From positions 6,431 to 70,430 of the forward strand of contig NZ_JBBINI010000014.1 of the NCBI RefSeq assembly GCF_037443965.1: 64,000 bases of DNA, given 5' to 3'. The stretch is from Meiothermus sp. (lineage in GTDB: Bacteria > Deinococcota > Deinococci > Deinococcales > Thermaceae). The notes under the pieces are model-generated. The model saw nothing but the letters and a program-made list of their open reading frames with translations, made no database searches and was not told the origin of the DNA. Positions 58,786 through 64,000 of the stretch are shown in pieces; positions within the stretch are counted from its first letter, which is position 1; each line of letters starts with the position of its first letter. The position numbers and the translations under genes were made by a program.

Positions 58786-59214
58786 TTACTGTGCTTTGAC
58801 GGGGGCTTCCACCAGCAGGGTGCTGCCCCCCTCGAGCCGCAGGGTGATCCGAACGATCTTGCCTTCCTGCAGGGGTTCCTTAAGCATCATCAGCATGATG
58901 TGATACCCCCCTGGTTTGAGCTCGACCTTGCCCTTGGCCGGGATTTCCAGAAACTGAATGGGGCGCATCTGCATAACGTCTGTGCCCCCTGCACCCTTAA
59001 CGATGGTGGTTTGGTGGATTTCTACCTTACCAGCGATGGGGCTTTCGGCGGCAATCACCCGAATGGCCCTGTCGCTGGGGTTGGAAAGGGTCATGAAGGC
59101 CCCGCTCACCGGGCCAGGTACCAGGCGAACCCAGGGATTTTCGGCTTTCAGAGAGGTTTGGGCAAAGGCCATCAGGCCTGCCATGCCCAACAAAACCAAC
59201 AGTGTGCGTCTCAT
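58786..59214 (-). CDS. Copper chaperone PCu(A)C
   Basis: Signal peptide; W.R..PG..SGAFM; EIH...MQM...LKPGGYHIML. Confidence 0.9.
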   Translation of the reverse strand: MRRTLLVLLGMAGLMAFAQTSLKAENPWVRLVPGPVSGAFMTLSNPSDRAIRVIAAESPIAGKVEIHQTTIVKGAGGTDVMQMRPIQFLEIPAKGKVELKPGGYHIMLMMLKEPLQEGKIVRITLRLEGGSTLLVEAPVKAQ

Positions 59215-59325
59215 ACGTTGCTCCAGCTCGAGGCCGCTATGGCCTCCAAAGAAAGACAGCTCAGGGTCGTGGATGTTTATATCCATCCTTGAAGGTTTTT
59301 GTGTACGTTAACAGGTACTACCTGC

Positions 59326-59709
59326 TCAAGCCCACAACGGCGGCCCTCGATAAGGGGTGTGTTCCCAGAAGCTATATCGGATGTACACCGGTTCCGGTGG
59401 TGTGGCTTGTAGCAGCCCTATCTGTATATAGGGCCGCACCTCTGTCGCAAACGCGGTTAATGCTATGGCAAACGCAGAGTTCACGCAGAGGGGGCAGTGG
59501 GGTTGGTGGGTATGGGTGGGGGAGGGGGTGGGCTGGGTGTGGGAAGTCCCTGTAGAAAAGGTACAGACGTCGGCACCCGCCAAAAAACTCACTGGCAGCA
59601 CTTGGCTGCGCGGGTCGCGAAGCGCGTACTGGCTCGAGACCAAGAGCACCAGCCCCGCCAGGAAGAAAACCCAGAGGGCGCGGTGGACTCGAGTCGGAGC
59701 CGCCGACAT
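59326..59709 (-). CDS. DUF2946-like membrane peptide with CxxC and C-terminal RGPP (CruR-like)
   Basis: N-terminal TM, His-rich linker, HCPLC, ends YRGPPLWA. Confidence 0.7.
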   Translation of the reverse strand: MSAAPTRVHRALWVFFLAGLVLLVSSQYALRDPRSQVLPVSFLAGADVCTFSTGTSHTQPTPSPTHTHQPHCPLCVNSAFAIALTAFATEVRPYIQIGLLQATPPEPVYIRYSFWEHTPYRGPPLWA

Positions 59710-59761
59710 ACTTAAAAACCATTATAGCCAGGCCCCCCCTAGGGGCAAACGTCCCACGACA

Positions 59762-59780
59762 CATATCCCCCAGGGGTATG
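59762..59780. promoter_or_regulatory. CsoR-type operator 3 between DUF2946 and trxB
   Basis: CATATCCCCCAGGGGTATG, next to TATACT. Confidence 0.7.
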
Positions 59781-59832
59781 TTATACTGGCCCATGAAGGG
59801 CCGGCATTATGCTGGTCTTAGGAGACTTTACC

Positions 59833-60771
59833 ATGAGCCAACTCTACGACGTGGTGATTATCGGGGGCGGCCCCGCCGGGCTGACCGCAGGCATCTACAC
59901 CGGACGGGCCAGCCTCAAAACCCTCATCCTGGAAAAAGGCCTGCCGGGGGGCCAGATCGCCCAAACCGAGGAGGTGGAGAACTACCCCGGCTTCCCCGAG
60001 CCCATCAGCGGGGCCGAGCTGTCCGAGCGCATGGTGCAGCAGGCCAAGCGCTTTGGGGCCGAGATCGTGATGGACGAGGCCCAGGCCGTGGAAAAAACCC
60101 CGGAGGGCTTTGTGGTGCGGGGCTACGAGCAGGACTACCGCGCCCGCACGGTAATTCTGGCCACCGGGGCCAACCCCAAGAAGCTGGGCGTGCCCGGCGA
60201 AGAGAAGTTTTATGGCCGGGGTGTGAGCACCTGTGCCACCTGCGACGGCTTCTTTTACCGGGGCAAGCAAGTGGTGGTGGTGGGCGGGGGTGACGCCGCA
60301 GTGGAGGAGGGCCTGTTCCTGACCAAGTTTGTCTCCAAGGTGACCCTGGTGCACCGCCGCGACACCCTGCGGGCCAACAAGACCGCCCAGGCCCGGGCCT
60401 TGGCCCACCCCAAGATGCAGTTCATCTGGGATACGGTGGTGGAGGAGGTGCTGGGCGAGGAGACTGTGACCGGGGTGCGTCTCAGGAACCTCAAGACCGG
60501 CGAGGTCTACGACCACCCTACCGATGGGGTCTTTGTTTTCATCGGGCATGAGCCCAATACCGGCTTTTTAGGGGGAGTGGTGGAGCTCCGGCCGGACGGC
60601 TACGTGGCGGTGCGGGACGAGATCTTCACCTCGGTGCCGGGGCTGTTTGCCGCGGGGGATGTGGCCGACCCCATCTACCGCCAGCTTTCCACCAGCGTGG
60701 GGGCCGGCACCCGGGCGGCCATGATGGCCGAGCGCTACCTGGCCGAGCAGGAACACGCCGCCGTGCACTAG
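59833..60771 (+). CDS. trxB: Thioredoxin-disulfide reductase
   Basis: [38 protein letters not shown]. Confidence 0.96.
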   Translation: MSQLYDVVIIGGGPAGLTAGIYTGRASLKTLILEKGLPGGQIAQTEEVENYPGFPEPISGAELSERMVQQAKRFGAEIVMDEAQAVEKTPEGFVVRGYEQDYRARTVILATGANPKKLGVPGEEKFYGRGVSTCATCDGFFYRGKQVVVVGGGDAAVEEGLFLTKFVSKVTLVHRRDTLRANKTAQARALAHPKMQFIWDTVVEEVLGEETVTGVRLRNLKTGEVYDHPTDGVFVFIGHEPNTGFLGGVVELRPDGYVAVRDEIFTSVPGLFAAGDVADPIYRQLSTSVGAGTRAAMMAERYLAEQEHAAVH

Positions 60772-60780
60772 GGGGTTCTT

Positions 60781-61848
60781 GTGGAAGCGGCTGTTCCAGC
60801 AGCACCCAGCGTGCGCTACCTGAACCCGGCCTGGTTTGCGGCAGTGATGGGTACGGGGGTGCTGGCCCTGGCCCTGGCCCAGTTCGGCCTGGTGGGGCTG
60901 GCCCTGCCGGTCTATGGGCTGGCCCTGGTGTTTATGGCGGTGTTGCTGGGGCTTTATCTGGCCAAGCTCCTGCGCTACCCTCAGGCCGCCCTGGCCGATT
61001 TACAGCATCCTTTGCTGTCCCAGATGCTCCCCACGCTACCTATTGCCCTTCTGGTGTTGAGCCTGGCGACCCGGGTACTGCCCTTGGGGCCCTGGGCAGT
61101 TCCGCTGGGACAGGGGCTTTTTTTGCTGGGGATGTTGCTTATTTTTGGGGTAGGCCTGTTGGTGGTGTACACGGTACACACCCGGCTCAGGCTGCCCATC
61201 GAGGCCGCCAGTGGGGCCTGGTTTATCCCGCCGGTCTCGGCCCTGCTGGTGCCCATGGCCGGGGGGCTCTGGCTTTCCAGTTTTCCCAAAGTCTGGCAAA
61301 AGGAGCTTTGGGTGGTGAGCGGCCTGTTCCTGGGGATTGGGCTTTTCCTGTTCTTGTTCGTGCTGCCGGTGTTTTTGCAGCGGTTGTATGGGTATGGCCG
61401 CCTCGAGCCCCACTTCCTGCCCTCGGTCTTCATCGGGCTGGCCCCGGTGGGTCTGCTGGTGCTGGCCCCCTGGCGCTGGCTCGAGGGCGGGGTGTTGGCC
61501 GGGCTCGTCCCGGAGGGCCTGGTGGCGGCCTGGCCGGTGATCGGGCTGGCGGTCTGGGGGCTGGGCCTGTGGTGGCTGGCCTATAGCCTGCTGCTGCTGC
61601 TGGATACCCTGCTGGTGGAGTGCCGCCGAATGCAGTTCCGCTTTGCCCCGGGCTGGTGGGGGTTTGTGTTTCCCTTGGGGGCTTTTACCCTGGCCACGCT
61701 GGCGCTGGCTCGGGCCCTGGACTCGGCCTTCCTGGGCGGGCTGGCCTGGGGGCTGCTCGGGCTGTTGGGGGTGTTCTGGCTCTGGGTGATGTTCTACTCC
61801 TTTAGGGCCTGGGCCAGCCTGGGGGCCTTGCGGCCGCCCAAGGGCTAG
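60781..61848 (+). CDS. TDT/SLAC1 family anion transporter
   Basis: PAWFAAVMGTG, WFIPPV, WWGFVFPLG. Confidence 0.88.
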   Translation: MEAAVPAAPSVRYLNPAWFAAVMGTGVLALALAQFGLVGLALPVYGLALVFMAVLLGLYLAKLLRYPQAALADLQHPLLSQMLPTLPIALLVLSLATRVLPLGPWAVPLGQGLFLLGMLLIFGVGLLVVYTVHTRLRLPIEAASGAWFIPPVSALLVPMAGGLWLSSFPKVWQKELWVVSGLFLGIGLFLFLFVLPVFLQRLYGYGRLEPHFLPSVFIGLAPVGLLVLAPWRWLEGGVLAGLVPEGLVAAWPVIGLAVWGLGLWWLAYSLLLLLDTLLVECRRMQFRFAPGWWGFVFPLGAFTLATLALARALDSAFLGGLAWGLLGLLGVFWLWVMFYSFRAWASLGALRPPKG

Positions 61849-62078
61849 TGGGCGATTGGGGCGCAATCGGAACAAAGCTCTGGTAAACCATCGGCCTATG
61901 CGCCGTTGACGCGCCAAATTCCTGGGCTTGTCCTCGACTCTGGGTGGAGGATGGCCCCTTATCGGTTGCGGCTCGAGGTTCAATAAGAATTATTTATCAA
62001 AAAAACCAAAACTATGCTTGATGGTTTTAGTTTGCTGTGTCTAAACTACCGTTAAGGCCACCTTGTGAAAGGAGACAC

Positions 62079-64000
62079 ATGGCAAGCACCCTCAGCGCAA
62101 TCGAGACCCAGGCCATCACGGCCATCCGGATGCTGGCAGCCGACGCGGTAGAGCAGGCCAAAAGCGGGCATCCGGGCATGCCCCTGGGCATGGCACCGGC
62201 GGCCTATGTACTTTGGAGCGACTTCCTCAAGCACAACCCCACCCACCCCCACTGGCCCGATCGCGACCGGTTCGTGCTGTCGGCGGGGCACGGCTCCATG
62301 CTTCTGTATGCCCTGCTGCACCTTACTGGCTACGACCTTCCACTCGATGAACTCCGGCGTTTTCGCCAGTGGGGCTCCAAGACCCCCGGCCACCCCGAGT
62401 ACGGCCACACCCCAGGGGTGGAGGTGACCACCGGGCCTCTGGGCCAGGGCATCAGCACCGCGGTGGGGCTGGCCCTGGCCGAGCGCAAGCTGGCCGCCGA
62501 GTTCAACCGTGAGGGGCACACCCTCATAGACCACTACACCTATGTGCTGGCTTCGGACGGCGACCTGATGGAGGGGGTTTCGGGCGAGGCCAGCAGCCTG
62601 GCCGGGCACTGGGGGCTGGGGAAGCTGATTGTGCTGTGGGACGACAACCACATCTCCATTGACGGCGACACGGCGCTCTCCTTCGGCGAGGACGTGCTCG
62701 AGCGCTACCGGGCCTATGGCTGGCACATCCAGCGGGTGGATGGGGAAGACCTGGCCCTCCTACGCCAGGCCATCCGGGCTGCCCAGGTAGACGCCCGCCC
62801 CTCGCTGATTGCGGTACGTACGGTGATTGGGGCCGGCTCGCCCAAGGCCGGTAGCCACAAGGTACACGGTGAGCCCCTGGGCCCGGAGGCCCTCGAGGCC
62901 ACCCGTCACAACCTTAACTGGCCCCACCCACCCTTCGAGATTCCCCGCGAGATCTACGAGCACTTCCGGGCCGCCGTAGCCCGGGGACAGCGGCTCGAGG
63001 CCGACTGGAACGCCCGCCTCCAGCGGTACGCCGAGGCCTACCCCGAAGCGGCAAGGGAACTACTGCGCCGCCTCAAAGGGGAGCTACCCCCGCTGGACTG
63101 GGAGGCCCTTCTCCCTAGCTTCAGCGGCAAGCTGGCTACGCGGGCCGCCAGCGGCAAGGTGCTGGACGCGCTGGCCCCCCATCTCCCCGAACTGCTGGGC
63201 GGTAGCGCCGACCTGACCCCCTCCAACAACACCCAGGCCGCCGGGATGCAGCCCTTCTCCCGCGAGAACCCCCGCGGGCGCTACCTGCACTACGGGGTGC
63301 GGGAACACGCCATGGGGGCCATCCTGAACGGCCTCAACCTGCACGGGGGCTACCGCGCCTATGGGGGGACCTTCTTCGTTTTCTCCGACTACATGCGCCC
63401 GGCCATCCGCCTGGCCGCCCTGATGGGCACGCCCAGCATCTTCGTGCTGACCCACGACTCCATCGCCATCGGCGAGGATGGCCCCACCCACCAGCCCATC
63501 GAGCACCTGGCCAGCCTGCGGGCCATGCCCAACCTCTATGTGGTGCGGCCGGCCGATGCCCTCGAGACCGCCTACGCCTGGCGCCTGGCCCTGGAGCGCC
63601 GCCAGGGGCCCACCGCCCTGGTGCTCACCCGGCAGGCCCTGCCGGTGCTGGAGCGCGAGGCCCTGGCAGGCGCCGAAGGTACCCTGAAGGGCGGCTATGT
63701 GATCGCCGAGCGGCCCCATGCCAAAGCGGCCATCGTGGCCACGGGTAGCGAGGTGGCCCTGGCCCTGGAAGCCCAGAAGCAGCTCGAGGCCGAGGGAATT
63801 CCGGTGCGGGTGGTAAGCCTGCCCTGCTGGGAGGCCTTCGAGGCCCAGCCTGAAGCGTACCGCGAGGCCGTGCTGCCCAGGGGGCTGCCCACCCTGGCGG
63901 TGGAAGCCGGGGCCAGCCTGGGCTGGGAGCGCTACGCCGATGCGGTGCTGGGCCTCGATCACTTTGGCGCGAGCGCCCCTTACCCCGCCGTCTACGAGAA
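62079..64000 (+). CDS. tkt: Transketolase (3'-truncated by the window end)
   Basis: Own translation: [61 protein letters not shown]. Not in the ORF track. Confidence 0.97.
   Translation, partial: MASTLSAIETQAITAIRMLAADAVEQAKSGHPGMPLGMAPAAYVLWSDFLKHNPTHPHWPDRDRFVLSAGHGSMLLYALLHLTGYDLPLDELRRFRQWGSKTPGHPEYGHTPGVEVTTGPLGQGISTAVGLALAERKLAAEFNREGHTLIDHYTYVLASDGDLMEGVSGEASSLAGHWGLGKLIVLWDDNHISIDGDTALSFGEDVLERYRAYGWHIQRVDGEDLALLRQAIRAAQVDARPSLIAVRTVIGAGSPKAGSHKVHGEPLGPEALEATRHNLNWPHPPFEIPREIYEHFRAAVARGQRLEADWNARLQRYAEAYPEAARELLRRLKGELPPLDWEALLPSFSGKLATRAASGKVLDALAPHLPELLGGSADLTPSNNTQAAGMQPFSRENPRGRYLHYGVREHAMGAILNGLNLHGGYRAYGGTFFVFSDYMRPAIRLAALMGTPSIFVLTHDSIAIGEDGPTHQPIEHLASLRAMPNLYVVRPADALETAYAWRLALERRQGPTALVLTRQALPVLEREALAGAEGTLKGGYVIAERPHAKAAIVATGSEVALALEAQKQLEAEGIPVRVVSLPCWEAFEAQPEAYREAVLPRGLPTLAVEAGASLGWERYADAVLGLDHFGASAPYPAVYE

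Noticed and set aside
59490-59543. G-quadruplex-like tract
   Set aside because: Explained by Pro/Thr/His codons on the opposite strand.

Overview
GC-rich bacterial chromosome segment, inferred to be Deinococcota and most likely Meiothermus (from gene content and palindromic intergenic repeats). It has about 66 coding regions; no rRNA, tRNA, CRISPR array or transposase was recognised. Order: truncated Ser/Thr dehydratase, gabT-like gene and serine hydrolase; a more AT-rich lipoprotein cassette (3.0-6.2 kb); potABCD and a second gabT; glyA; a nucleotidyltransferase pair; a secreted GH13 amylase; a LolA/FtsX-type exporter operon; a large stress/dormancy island (six USP or USP-like genes, Hsp20, CBS, two aeRF1-like proteins, PolX, Lon-like protease, ferredoxin, PRTase); pdxH, prolyl oligopeptidase, glpD, GH5 cellulase; a CsoR/TlpA/PCuAC/trxB metal-redox cluster; and the 5' part of tkt. 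Main discoveries: (1) a GGTAAY-N5-GGTAAY box occurs 10 times, always oriented with the downstream gene and usually 10 nt before a -10-like hexamer, including in front of a stand-alone SARP/BTAD regulator, suggesting a SARP-controlled DosR-like regulon; (2) a putative papain-like protease lipoprotein is frameshifted by a (GTCGTTG)6 tract in its signal peptide and is followed by a partner lipoprotein, a silent C-terminal cassette and a second partner; (3) a DUF2946 peptide with CxxC and RGPP lies upstream of PCuAC, resembling a CruR-type ribosome-arrest sensor. All functional calls come from motifs read by eye; no database search was run.
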